Shown piece after piece: positions 1-9,161 of a stretch of 58,704 nucleotides of DNA; the first letter of the stretch is position 1, and every line of letters starts with the position of its first letter. Origin of the DNA: Acidobacteriota bacterium (lineage in GTDB: Bacteria; Acidobacteriota; Terriglobia; Bryobacterales; Bryobacteraceae). The stretch lies in the NCBI GenBank assembly GCA_037439565.1, contig JBBIVT010000003.1, positions 41,583 through 100,286 of the forward strand, written 5' to 3'. The notes under the pieces are model-generated. The model searched no databases, was not told where the DNA came from, and saw only the letters and a list, made by a program, of their open reading frames with translations. The translations under genes and the position numbers were made by a program.

Positions 1-796
1 ACAGGGACTGACCCACTTCGTCGTGCAACTCACGGGAAATGCTGCGCCGCTCTTCTTCCTGGGCGGAAACCAGACGCGCCGAGAGATCTTGTAATTCGCT
101 CCGCGCGCGGACACCCTCTTCGTAACGCTTCTGCAGTTCGGTTTCCAGGTGGAGCGTTCGCCGGATGGTGAACGCCGCCAGCAACAGGCCCACGCCGAGG
201 GTCGCCGCCAGCATAAACATCAGCCTCAGCCGCAGGGTTTGGAACGCCTCGTCCAGGGCTTCGTCTCCGGCGTTCAGCTGCCGCGTGCTGATCTGGTCGA
301 TGCGGTCCACTAATTCGAGCATGGCCGTCCGCCGCCGCACCAGTTCGCCGGAAAGATACTCCGCGGTGCGGTTGCGCGTATCCTGCTCCTTCATTTCCGT
401 AATGAACGTGAGCAGTTTCCAGTAAACGCTCACCTCGGCCTGCAGGCTGCGGTAGGGGACGGCTTCGGCCTTATCGAGCGCTGCTGCGCCGTCCGTGAGA
501 GCGTTGTCGGTGCGGTCGCGAATGTCGTTCCAATGCTTTACCTGCTCGGCGGCGATATCCGGGTCCGAGGCCAGCAGGAAATCGCGCATCACGATGGCGG
601 ATTGATAGATCCCGGCTCGCACTTGGTCCAATGCGCGACTGCGGCGCATGTAGACGTTGCGGACCTGGGCGTCGCTGGCGCGCACTTGGCGCAGGACGAG
701 AAGCGCGTCTGCGCCAGCCACCATCATCAGCAGGAGCAACCCGCCGAAGCCGATCAGCAGCATGCGCCGCCCACCGGCAATAGGCTCATTTTCCAT
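1..796 (-). CDS. Sensor histidine kinase, N-terminal part; the 3' end runs off the left edge of the window
   Basis: Reverse-strand ATG at 796 (MENEPIAGGRRMLLIGFGGLLLLMMVAG...), open to position 1. Order is TM helix, helical extracytoplasmic region, second TM (LMFMLAATLGVGLLLAAF), coiled coil, then the H-box EERRSISRELHDEVGQSL typical of HisKA_3 (NarX/LiaS-type) kinases. It is absent from the ORF track because it has no stop in the window. Confidence 0.75.
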   Translation of the reverse strand, partial: MENEPIAGGRRMLLIGFGGLLLLMMVAGADALLVLRQVRASDAQVRNVYMRRSRALDQVRAGIYQSAIVMRDFLLASDPDIAAEQVKHWNDIRDRTDNALTDGAAALDKAEAVPYRSLQAEVSVYWKLLTFITEMKEQDTRNRTAEYLSGELVRRRTAMLELVDRIDQISTRQLNAGDEALDEAFQTLRLRLMFMLAATLGVGLLLAAFTIRRTLHLETELQKRYEEGVRARSELQDLSARLVSAQEEERRSISRELHDEVGQSL

Positions 797-851
797 TGTT
801 CTCTTTCAGTCTATCGGACCTGGGCCTGAACAAAATACTGTCTATAGGGGA

Positions 852-881
852 TTGCCCACAACCTGCCTATTTAGGTGTAAT
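852..881 (+). promoter_or_regulatory. Candidate sigma-70-type promoter for pal
   Basis: TTGCCC (852-857), 18-nt spacer, TGTAAT (876-881). AAGAGGA Shine-Dalgarno at 903-909 before the ATG at 913. Pattern match only. Confidence 0.3.
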
Positions 882-912
882 GTAAAAAGACTCAGTCTAC
901 ACAAGAGGATTT

Positions 913-1497
913 ATGAAACACGCAACCTTAGCCCTGTTGGGCCTGGCAGCTTTGATGTCGACGGCGGGATGCCACAAGAAAACCGTGGCCGCCGCGAAAC
1001 CGGCCGATACCACGCCAGTGGCCCAGGCTCCCGCGCCTGCCGCGCAGCCGATGGAACGGCGCCAAAGTGCGCCCGCGACGGCGGCCAGCGCGCCCACCAG
1101 GACTCCCGGTGTCATGACGCCAGCCGAACGCGCGCGTCTCAATGAGATTCTGGCCCGCCTGAACGACGCTCTGTTCGATTACGATAAAGCCACCATTCGC
1201 GACGACGCCTCCACCGTGCTGAAGGCCGATGTCGGCGTGATCCGCGACATCCTCTCCAATTATCCCAATCAGAAGCTGCTGATTGAAGGAAATGCGGACG
1301 AGCGTGGCTCGGAAGAGTATAATTTAGCCCTCGGCGATCGCCGCGCCCGCGCCGCGCAGGAGTTTCTGGTTCAGATGGGCATTCCGGCCGCGCAGTTGAG
1401 CTTGGTCAGCTACGGCAAGGAGCGCCCGATCTGCACGGATAAGACCGAGGACTGCTGGCAGCGCAACCGCCGCGTCCACGTCACCGCCGCGCCGTAA
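913..1497 (+). CDS. pal: Peptidoglycan-associated lipoprotein (OmpA-family C-terminal domain)
   Basis: Lipobox LMSTAGC in the signal peptide, a Pro/Ala-rich linker, and the OmpA_C motif LLIEGNADERGSEEYNLALGDRRARAAQEFL. Confidence 0.9.
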   Translation: MKHATLALLGLAALMSTAGCHKKTVAAAKPADTTPVAQAPAPAAQPMERRQSAPATAASAPTRTPGVMTPAERARLNEILARLNDALFDYDKATIRDDASTVLKADVGVIRDILSNYPNQKLLIEGNADERGSEEYNLALGDRRARAAQEFLVQMGIPAAQLSLVSYGKERPICTDKTEDCWQRNRRVHVTAAP

Positions 1498-1524
1498 GGA
1501 CATTGGTTCATTCTCCTTTTCAGT

Positions 1525-1586
1525 AACCGCCCCTGCAACCGCAACCTATTCCTCCGAGGTGCGAGATGCAGGGGCGGTTTTTTTTT
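1525..1586 (+). terminator. Rho-independent terminator downstream of pal
   Basis: Perfect 13-bp inverted repeat aaccgcccctgca (1525-1537) / tgcaggggcggtt (1567-1579), followed by a 9-T run to 1586. The 29-nt loop is unusually long. Confidence 0.6.
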
Positions 1587-1674
1587 CGGCCACATCCCAA
1601 CCTCTTGGCCCAATTGATACACTGATCCTCATGCCGGGCGGTCGGTAAAACGCAGCGGCGGAGGAAGCGAAACT

Positions 1675-2475
1675 ATGAAATGGTATTACGCCGATGCCGG
1701 ACGGCAGGTTGGGCCGGTGGAGGATGCGCAGCTCGATGACTTGCTCCGCTCCGGAGCCATTCGTGATGACACCCTGGTCTGGCGCGAGGGGATGGCCAAC
1801 TGGCAGCCTCATTCCGCAGTGCGCGGACCCGCCAAGCCACAACCGATTCCCGCCGCGGCGGTCCCTGTTGCGGCGGAAACCCGCTTCTGCTCTGAATGCG
1901 GACGGCCGTTTCCAGCCAGCGAACTGGTAAGTATCGGCACGGCTACGGTCTGCGCCCAGTGCAAGCCTCTGTTCATGCAGCGTATGAGGGAGGGCGGGCA
2001 GGCGATCGGCGCGCGGCGCTACGCCGGGTTTTGGATCCGCTTCGTGGCCATCATCATCGATGGCATTATTCTCGGCGTGGTTGGATTCATCATTGGTATG
2101 CCCATCCGCCTGCTTCTTGGCGTTTCCGCTATTTCCGTGTCCCAGAACCGCGATCCGTCCGCTGCGTTGGCGATGCTGCCGGCGATGATGGGAATGCTCG
2201 GCCTCAGCCTGTTCATCAATCTGGTGGTGGGCGTTCTGTACGACGTGTACTTCGTTTCCCAAAAGGGCGGCACGGTAGGGAAGCTGGCCTTGGGCCTGCA
2301 AATCATCCGGGTTGACGGCTCGCGTTTGTCGGTTGGACAGGCCTTCGGCCGCTATTTTGCCAAGTTCCTGAGCGCGATCATTTTCTACATCGGGTTCATC
2401 ATGGCGGGTTTCGACTCGGAAAAGCGCGCCCTGCATGACCGCATCTGCGACTCACGCGTGATCTATTCGAAGTAA
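1675..2475 (+). CDS. GYF_2 domain / zinc-ribbon / RDD-family membrane protein
   Basis: N-terminal WYYADAGRQVGPVEDAQLDDLLRSGAIRDDTLVWREGMANWQP (GYF_2/DUF4339-like). CxxC-x17-CxxC ribbon (CSECG...CAQCK). RDD-type membrane domain (RRYAGFWIRFVAIIIDGIILG ... KRALHDRICDSRVI). Confidence 0.8.
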   Translation: MKWYYADAGRQVGPVEDAQLDDLLRSGAIRDDTLVWREGMANWQPHSAVRGPAKPQPIPAAAVPVAAETRFCSECGRPFPASELVSIGTATVCAQCKPLFMQRMREGGQAIGARRYAGFWIRFVAIIIDGIILGVVGFIIGMPIRLLLGVSAISVSQNRDPSAALAMLPAMMGMLGLSLFINLVVGVLYDVYFVSQKGGTVGKLALGLQIIRVDGSRLSVGQAFGRYFAKFLSAIIFYIGFIMAGFDSEKRALHDRICDSRVIYSK

Positions 2476-3050
2476 TGCCGGCGAATGCCATCGCATGCGC
2501 CGTCTGTTCCTCTCCGGTTGCGGCGGAAAACTGGAACCGGGAGGAGGCCTCGCGTTGCCCCGGCTGCGGCCGGGACGTCAGAGCCCTCGTGTTTCCCGCC
2601 CTCCGTCACGACCGCTCCGGCGAGTCCCCGGCTGCGCTCGAGGGCGAATCCGAAGCCAGTTGCTACTACCATCCGCAGAACCGCGCCGCGCGCGTTTGCG
2701 AAGATTGCGGACGCTTCCTGTGCCAGCTTTGCGATCTGGATGTCGACGGTCGCCACCTCTGCCCGCGCTGCTTCGACAAAACGGAGGTTCTGGAAACCAG
2801 CCGGCCGATGTACGACACCATGGCTCTGGCTCTCGCCACTTTCCCCGCGCTGTTGTTCTGGCCCGCGTTCCTCGGCGCGCCGTGGGCTCTGACGATGGTC
2901 ATTCGCCGCTGGAACGCCCCTTCTTCCCTGGTCCCACGCACGAAAATCCGCTTCATCCTGGCGGCCCTGTTCGCAGTGGCCGAGATCGGCTTCGGGATTT
3001 TCGTCATCTATATGTTCACGAGCGTGAGTCTGAAAGGGCCGCGGCGCTGA
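2475..3050 (+). CDS. Zinc-ribbon plus B-box-like zinc-finger membrane protein
   Basis: The ATG overlaps the upstream TAA (TAATG). CAVC-x16-CPGC ribbon, then C-x2-H-x8-C-x2-C-x4-C-x2-C-x9-C-x2-C (CYYHPQNRAARVCEDCGRFLCQLCDLDVDGRHLCPRC). Three predicted TM helices lie in the C-terminal half. Confidence 0.65.
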   Translation: MPANAIACAVCSSPVAAENWNREEASRCPGCGRDVRALVFPALRHDRSGESPAALEGESEASCYYHPQNRAARVCEDCGRFLCQLCDLDVDGRHLCPRCFDKTEVLETSRPMYDTMALALATFPALLFWPAFLGAPWALTMVIRRWNAPSSLVPRTKIRFILAALFAVAEIGFGIFVIYMFTSVSLKGPRR

Positions 3051-3063
3051 CTGGCCTCTGAAC

Positions 3064-4020
3064 ATGGCCCGTTCCATTTATACGAAGCTCACCGGCCGAT
3101 ACCGAAGCCTGGCTGGCTTCACCCAGCTCTGGCTTGCGCCGGACCACCTGATGCTGCTCCAATCCTCGCGCTTTTCCGAGCAGTATAAGCGCTTTGCATT
3201 TTCCGATATTCAGTCCATCGTGGTGACGGAACTCCCGCCGCGCACTGTTGCCCGGTCGGCGATAATCCTCGCCGCGTTGGCGTGGATGGGTCTCTGGTTC
3301 GCGCTGGAGGCGAGGTGGGCAAAATGGGCGATCGAGCTCAGTGGGGTGCTGGCGCTGCTGATTCCCATTGCCGATATCGCGCGAGGACCGCGCTGCCGCT
3401 GCGTGCTCCACACGCGGGTCAGCCGGGAGCCGCTCGAACCCGTGTCGCGGATCCGCATCGCGCGCAAGTGTTTGGCCGAAATCCGTCCCAGAATCGAAGC
3501 GGTGCAGGGCGTGTTGCCGCCCACGCTCGAGCCGTTCCCGCAGGCGCCTTCCGTGACAGAAACGCCGCCTCCGGAAACACCCTCTCCGCCCGGTTACCTG
3601 CCGGAAATCGTGTTTGGGCTTTTTCTGGCCAACGCCTTAATGATCTGGGCCCTGATGCGATTCCCTCAGATGACCGATCTTTCTGGAGTCCTTGTCAATA
3701 CGATATTCGCGGAAATGCTGTTGATCGTGGTGGCGTTCCTTCGCCGCAAGGGCCGCGACCCGCGTGTGATCGTCTACGCGGTGATGGCGCTGGGTATCCT
3801 GGGTATTGCCTACGGCTTTTATGAACTGGCGCGGGAACTGAGTGGCTGGTATATGACGGTACTCGAAAAGGCGCGGAATAACGATCGTTCGATCACGCCC
3901 TTGACGATCTTTGCGAGCGGGGATCGGGCACAGTGGATGACGGTAGCGTGGCGTGCCGCCGCCGGCGTGATCGGGCTCGGGGCGGCATTCTACGAGCGGC
4001 GGAGCAAATGGCCCCGGTGA
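3064..4020 (+). CDS. Hypothetical polytopic membrane protein
   Basis: 318-aa ORF, 13 nt after the previous stop. Several hydrophobic helices and a Pro-rich linker (TETPPPETPSPPGY). I recognised no family. Confidence 0.6.
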   Translation: MARSIYTKLTGRYRSLAGFTQLWLAPDHLMLLQSSRFSEQYKRFAFSDIQSIVVTELPPRTVARSAIILAALAWMGLWFALEARWAKWAIELSGVLALLIPIADIARGPRCRCVLHTRVSREPLEPVSRIRIARKCLAEIRPRIEAVQGVLPPTLEPFPQAPSVTETPPPETPSPPGYLPEIVFGLFLANALMIWALMRFPQMTDLSGVLVNTIFAEMLLIVVAFLRRKGRDPRVIVYAVMALGILGIAYGFYELARELSGWYMTVLEKARNNDRSITPLTIFASGDRAQWMTVAWRAAAGVIGLGAAFYERRSKWPR

Positions 4021-4310
4021 GTCTCCTCGACCGGCGCTGCTCGAATCACGCCGCGCGTGAAGCGGCGGTGCAATGCCCGTCCTGCAAACGGTTTTTCTGC
4101 CGGGAGTGCGTCACTGAGTACGATGGCCGCATGATGTGCGTCTCCTGCGTTACTCTGTTGGCGCGCAGTGAGGCCGGCGCGGAGCGTTCGAAGAAGATTC
4201 GATGGACATTGGGCGCCTTCGCGGGAATCCTTCTGGCTTGGATGGCGTTTTATTATCTTGGATCGTTGTTGGCGCGCATCCCCTCGCAGTTTCATGCAGA
4301 AGGCCTATGA
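4008..4310 (+). CDS. B-box-like zinc-finger membrane protein (paralog of the 2475 gene's finger)
   Basis: The internal ATG at 4008 overlaps the upstream gene end by 13 nt. CSNHAAREAAVQCPSCKRFFCRECVTEYDGRMMCVSC has exactly the same Cys/His spacing as the 2475 product. One C-terminal TM (WTLGAFAGILLAWMAFYYLG). Confidence 0.6.
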   Translation: MAPVSLLDRRCSNHAAREAAVQCPSCKRFFCRECVTEYDGRMMCVSCVTLLARSEAGAERSKKIRWTLGAFAGILLAWMAFYYLGSLLARIPSQFHAEGL

Positions 4311-5821
4311 ACCGTTCCAGCGAACGCCCCGCCATCGATCTTTTGGAGGAAGCCGTCTCGCTCCTTCGCCATGCCCCCGTCGACGCCGTGGCGGCATACC
4401 TCATCGGCGCGGCGCCGTTCACGCTCGCGTTTCTGTTTTTTCTGGCCGATATGAACCGCAGCCCGTTCGCGTCCGATCAACTGGCCTGGGCATCGCTCGC
4501 CGTCGCGCTTCTGTACGTCTGGAAGAATATCTGGCAGGCGCTGTTCATGGCGAAGCTGTACCGCGTGGTTTCTCCCTCGGAAGCGCCCACGCCGGGCCAT
4601 TGGCAGGCGATCCTGATGCAGGCGGCGCTGCAGCCGGTGGGCCTGGTATTTCCTCTACCACTGTCGTGGACGGTGGCCTTCTTCCGAAACGCCGCGTTGT
4701 ACGCGGGGCTGGGGCGGCACGATGCCGTTTCCGCCGCGCGCCGCCAGTCCGCCTACGCGCCAGGGCAAAATTGGAGCGTGCTCGCCATTGTGCTGGTTGG
4801 CTCGTTGCTGCTGTTCGCAAACGTTCTGATGGTAATCGTTTTTCTGCCGCAACTGGGCCGTTCGCTGCTGGGGATTGAGGGCGATCTGGCGCGTCTCGGC
4901 ATGGGGATTCTCAACCTCACTACATTGAGCGTCGCCGGGGCGATCACCTGGCTGGCCGTGGATCCGTTGCTCGACGCCGTTTATGTGCTGCGGTGCTTCT
5001 ACGGCGAATCGGTGGCCACCGGAGCCGATCTTCGGGCGGCATTGAAGCGCGCCACGGCGATGATCGCGCTGATCGTGGTCGCGGCAACCGGTGCGCACGC
5101 GCAGAGCATCGATGAGAAGAAGCTTGATCAGGCCATCGACCAGGTGATCCATCAGCGCGAGTTCACCTGGCGGGCGCCGCGCACGTCGCCGGAGCCGCAG
5201 GGCAAATGGGTGAGTTGGTACCGCGCGGCGGCGAAATCCCTCCAGGAGGCTTGGGACTGGCTCGGCGGAAAAATCCGGGAATGGCTCCAGCCTCAGAAGG
5301 AAGGGCGTGGAGCCGATAAGGCGGCGACGGTCAATCGTAAAGCAATTCTGGCGCTTATATCGGCCATCATCGCGCTGACTGCCGGAGGAATTGTTCTGTT
5401 TTTTGTGCGGCGAAAACCCGGCCCCGCGGTGAAAGCGCAAGGAGTGGCCGCTTCAGTACCCGCGCTGAATCTGGCCGACGAATCGCTCACCGCCGACCGT
5501 CTGCCGGAAGAGGAATGGCTTGCCCTGGCCGACGAGTTCATCGCGAAAGGCGATTTCCGGCTGGCCCTGCGCGCCCTCTATCTGGCCGCGCTGAACTATC
5601 TCAGCGCCCGCGATCTAGTGTCGTTGCGACGCTGGAAGACCGGCCTCGATTACCGCCGCGAACTGGCCCGCCGCGCGCGCGCGACCCCCGATTTACCGCA
5701 GGCCTTCTCGCAAGGCGTGGCGATTTTCGAGGAAGGCTGGTATGGCCGTCACCCCGTGAATCGCGCCATGGCGGAGGCGGTGGCCTCCGGCTTCAATCAA
5801 ATGAGGGCGCATGGGAAATAG
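4307..5821 (+). CDS. Polytopic membrane protein with a C-terminal DUF4129-like domain
   Basis: ATGA overlap with the upstream stop. Multiple TM helices, then a late TM followed by LRALYLAALNYL...WKTGLDYRRELARRA...FEEGWYGRHPV, which resembles the DUF4129 tail of TgpA-like proteins. Confidence 0.6.
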   Translation: MNRSSERPAIDLLEEAVSLLRHAPVDAVAAYLIGAAPFTLAFLFFLADMNRSPFASDQLAWASLAVALLYVWKNIWQALFMAKLYRVVSPSEAPTPGHWQAILMQAALQPVGLVFPLPLSWTVAFFRNAALYAGLGRHDAVSAARRQSAYAPGQNWSVLAIVLVGSLLLFANVLMVIVFLPQLGRSLLGIEGDLARLGMGILNLTTLSVAGAITWLAVDPLLDAVYVLRCFYGESVATGADLRAALKRATAMIALIVVAATGAHAQSIDEKKLDQAIDQVIHQREFTWRAPRTSPEPQGKWVSWYRAAAKSLQEAWDWLGGKIREWLQPQKEGRGADKAATVNRKAILALISAIIALTAGGIVLFFVRRKPGPAVKAQGVAASVPALNLADESLTADRLPEEEWLALADEFIAKGDFRLALRALYLAALNYLSARDLVSLRRWKTGLDYRRELARRARATPDLPQAFSQGVAIFEEGWYGRHPVNRAMAEAVASGFNQMRAHGK

Positions 5822-6806
5822 ACTTGCCATCGCCGCGCTTTTGATTGCCCTTGCCTGGGGGCTGGAGCAGGTGGTGGTATCGCCCCTGGATATCGGCGCG
5901 GTCTATCCCGAATACTCCACGCTGCGGGCGGACCCGATGGGTGCGATGGCGCTGTACCAGAGCCTCGGCAGGATCACGAACGTCGAACGGCTGTATAAAA
6001 GTCGGGAGGAAACGGTTCCCGGGAAGGGAACCACGATGTTCGTGCTCGGCGTCGATCCGGTGGCATGGTCGCACGCGGACCGCGAGACGCTGGAAGAATA
6101 TGAAAGGCTCACGCGGAACGGCGCCCGATTGGTGTTCGCGTTTCTGCCAGCCCAGAGAAGTTTTGTGGACACCGCCGACACTCCCGTGGAGATGCGCTGG
6201 CACATCCATTTCGGCTATCGGAAAATGCACGCCGACGTGGGCGAGATTCCCCATGAGTCCGGTCTCCGGCTGACGGGCGGCGCGGACTGGAAGACGCTCG
6301 ATGCTGCGTCCAACGCGCTCGAAAGACCTCTGGGCGCGGGATCGGTGGCTCTGATTGCCGATAGCTATCCGCTCAGCAACGAAGGCCTGCGGGAGGCGCG
6401 CGACCCGGCGCTGATCGTCAAGCTCGCCGGCAGCGCCAACCGCATCGTCTTCGACGAGAATCATTTTGGCGTCGCCGAAACCGGCAGCATCGCCAAGCTG
6501 ATACGCAAATATCATCTGGAAGGGGCGCTGGGCGTGTTGGCCCTGGCCGCCATTCTGTTCCTGTGGCGCAGCGCGTCCAGCCTGCTGCCTTCGCGCGCGC
6601 CAGGCGTCGATCAGGCCGTCGCGGGACGGGATTCGCTGGAAGGTATGACCGCGCTGCTGCGCCGCGGCATCGCCGAGAAGGACCTGGTGCGCGTGTGCTA
6701 CGCCGAATGGCGAAAAACCTCGCCGCGCGTTCCCGTGCCCGATGAGTCCGCATTCAATCAAAAAAATGCAGTCGCGGCGTATAAAGCGCTGATGGAGAAA
6801 CGATGA
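5811..6806 (+). CDS. DUF4350-like protein (N- and C-terminal membrane anchors)
   Basis: 11-nt overlap with the upstream gene. N-terminal TM, a soluble domain ending in IVFDENHFG, and a second TM (ALGVLALAAILFLW). The architecture is typical of DUF4350 proteins found next to MoxR/DUF58. Confidence 0.55.
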   Translation: MGNRLAIAALLIALAWGLEQVVVSPLDIGAVYPEYSTLRADPMGAMALYQSLGRITNVERLYKSREETVPGKGTTMFVLGVDPVAWSHADRETLEEYERLTRNGARLVFAFLPAQRSFVDTADTPVEMRWHIHFGYRKMHADVGEIPHESGLRLTGGADWKTLDAASNALERPLGAGSVALIADSYPLSNEGLREARDPALIVKLAGSANRIVFDENHFGVAETGSIAKLIRKYHLEGALGVLALAAILFLWRSASSLLPSRAPGVDQAVAGRDSLEGMTALLRRGIAEKDLVRVCYAEWRKTSPRVPVPDESAFNQKNAVAAYKALMEKR

Positions 6807-7768
6807 CCGAACGACTTGAACTGCTGCACCAGACGCTCGAACGCGCGCGGAAGCAAATTTCCAAGGTGATTCTGGGCCAGGACGCCGCCGTCGACGCCGC
6901 GCTCACCGTCATTCTGACTCGCCAGCACGCGCTGATTGAGGGAGTGCCCGGTGTGGCGAAAACGCTGCTCGCGCGCACTCTGGCTCACGTGCTGGGATGC
7001 GAGTTCGAGCGCATCCAGTTCACTCCGGATCTGATGCCCGCCGACATCACCGGCACCAGCGTGTTCCATTTCGAGCGCAACGAGTTTCACCTGGTGCGCG
7101 GGCCGGTGTTCACGTCATTCCTCCTGGCCGACGAAATCAATCGCGCTCCCGCGAAGACGCAATCGGCGCTGCTGCAGGCAATGCAGGAGCGCGCCGTGAC
7201 CATCGATCGCGAGACCTATCGCTTGTCCCCGGATTTCACCGTGTTCGCCACGCAAAATCCCATCGAATACGAGGGCACCTATCCGCTGCCGGAGGCGCAA
7301 AAGGACCGGTTCCTGCTAAAAATGCCGATGGCCGCCCCGGAGCGCGCCGACGAAATGGAACTGGCGAAAAGGATGCTCGGCGCCGATGCGCCGGAAACGT
7401 GCCTGGATCGCGGCGACGTCCGGGCAGTGCTCCAGGCAGGCGAATTGGATGCGGCGCGAGCGGCGCTCGTGGATGTTGCGATGCGCGAAGAGCTGGTGGC
7501 CTACATCGTCGATCTGGTGAGGAAAACGCGTACGGATGAAAGCGTTCTGGTGGGCGCGGGGCCTCGCGCCACGCAAGGATTAGTCGCGGCGAGCCGCGCG
7601 CATGCGGCCATTGCCGGACGCGATTTCGTGACTCCGGATGACGTGAAGGCGATGGCCATTCCGGTGCTCGATCACCGGCTGATTCTGCGGCCCGAGTTCG
7701 AGATCGAAGGCATGACGCCGGCCGAGGCAGTGGGGAAAATTTTGGAAAGTGTAGCGGTACCCGTGTAA
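6803..7768 (+). CDS. moxR: MoxR-family AAA+ ATPase
   Basis: ATGA overlap. Walker A GVPGVAKT, Walker B/sensor LLADEINRAPAKTQSALLQAMQE, FTVFATQNPIEYEGTYPLPEAQKDRF; about 320 aa. Confidence 0.93.
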   Translation: MTERLELLHQTLERARKQISKVILGQDAAVDAALTVILTRQHALIEGVPGVAKTLLARTLAHVLGCEFERIQFTPDLMPADITGTSVFHFERNEFHLVRGPVFTSFLLADEINRAPAKTQSALLQAMQERAVTIDRETYRLSPDFTVFATQNPIEYEGTYPLPEAQKDRFLLKMPMAAPERADEMELAKRMLGADAPETCLDRGDVRAVLQAGELDAARAALVDVAMREELVAYIVDLVRKTRTDESVLVGAGPRATQGLVAASRAHAAIAGRDFVTPDDVKAMAIPVLDHRLILRPEFEIEGMTPAEAVGKILESVAVPV

Positions 7769-7859
7769 TGAAGATTCGAAAAATGGGGACAGATTACTCT
7801 GCCGCTGCCTGCATGGCAGATGTGGACCAGGCGGTCGGTCCAGATTTTTCACGCTACTT

Positions 7860-9161
7860 ATGATTCCCTCATCCAGACTCATTTGGCTCGTGATGATCGC
7901 GGGATTTCCTGCGGCGATGCTGGCCGCATTGTCCCCTGCCATGCGGTTGACGGCGGTAATATTGCTGATCTCGGGGGCAATGGCCGCGATCGTGGACGCC
8001 TTACTGCGATCGCGCTCTCTGGACGGTATTCGCGTGGAACTGCCCTTGCTGGCGCGCCTCTTCAAGGATCGCGAGGGCGAAATCCGTGTGCGTGTCCACC
8101 ACGCGCATTCCGGCCGAATCCGCTTGGCAATTGCTGTTCCCGAGGGCATAGATGCGGAGTTCGAGGAGCAGGACGTTGATTTGCCCGAAGGCGCTGGGGC
8201 CTCTGAGTTCGTCTGGAAATGGACCGCGCGGCGGCGGGGATTGTATCGCGTGGACGCGGTGTATCTGGAAGCCGCGTCTCCTTGGGGGCTGTGGCGGGCG
8301 CGCCGTAAGGACGCCGCGGGCATGGAGATTCGCGCCTATCCCAATCTGCGGCGCAAGGACGATCTGAAGGCCCTGCGGCAGGGCGTGAGCGGCGCGCATT
8401 CCCAGAGGCAGGTCGGCCGCGGGCGCGAGTTCGAAAAGCTGCGCGAATACCTGCCGGGCGACGCGCTCGACGAGATTCACTGGAAAGCGACGGCGCGCCA
8501 CGGCAAACCGATCACGAAGGTATTTCAGGTCGAGCGCACCCAGGAGGTCTACGTCGTCATCGACGCGTCGCGCCTTTCGGCAAGGCTCGTGGGCGAGGAA
8601 ACCGCGTTGGAGCGGGCGATTTCAGCGGGTTTGATCATCGGATCGGCGGCGGAAAAGAGAGGGGATCTGTTTGGACTTGCCGCGTTCTCCGGCCAAGTGA
8701 ACGCGTTCGTGCGGGCGCGGAACGGCAAAGCGCATTACGCGGCGTGCCGGGACGCAATTTACCAATTGCACCCGCAGCCGGTTTCGCCCGATTTCGATGA
8801 GATTGCCACGTTCCTGCGGCTGCGCCTGCGGAGACGCGCGATGGTGCTGTTTCTCACGTCGCTCGACGATCCGGTGCTTGCGGAAGACTTCGCCCGGGCT
8901 ACGAAACTGCTGGCAAGAAGGCACTTGGTGCTGGCCGGGATGCTGCGTCCCGCGTCGGCGCGGCGGCTATTTGAGAACGATGTGGAAACGGTGGAAGATA
9001 TTTACAGGGACCTCGCGGGCCACATCGCCTGGAGGCGATTGAAGGAACTGGAAGCGTCGCTCGCGCGGAGCGGGGTGAGGCTGTCAGTGATCGACCCGGA
9101 GAATTATTCCAGCGCGCTGATCGGGCTTTACGACACGGTAAAGCAGAGGCAGTTGCTGTGA
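7860..9161 (+). CDS. DUF58 domain protein (vWA-like MoxR partner)
   Basis: N-terminal TM pair. Signature GREFEKLREYLPGDALDEIHWKATARHGKPITKVFQVERTQEVYVVIDASR. Confidence 0.88.
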   Translation: MIPSSRLIWLVMIAGFPAAMLAALSPAMRLTAVILLISGAMAAIVDALLRSRSLDGIRVELPLLARLFKDREGEIRVRVHHAHSGRIRLAIAVPEGIDAEFEEQDVDLPEGAGASEFVWKWTARRRGLYRVDAVYLEAASPWGLWRARRKDAAGMEIRAYPNLRRKDDLKALRQGVSGAHSQRQVGRGREFEKLREYLPGDALDEIHWKATARHGKPITKVFQVERTQEVYVVIDASRLSARLVGEETALERAISAGLIIGSAAEKRGDLFGLAAFSGQVNAFVRARNGKAHYAACRDAIYQLHPQPVSPDFDEIATFLRLRLRRRAMVLFLTSLDDPVLAEDFARATKLLARRHLVLAGMLRPASARRLFENDVETVEDIYRDLAGHIAWRRLKELEASLARSGVRLSVIDPENYSSALIGLYDTVKQRQLL

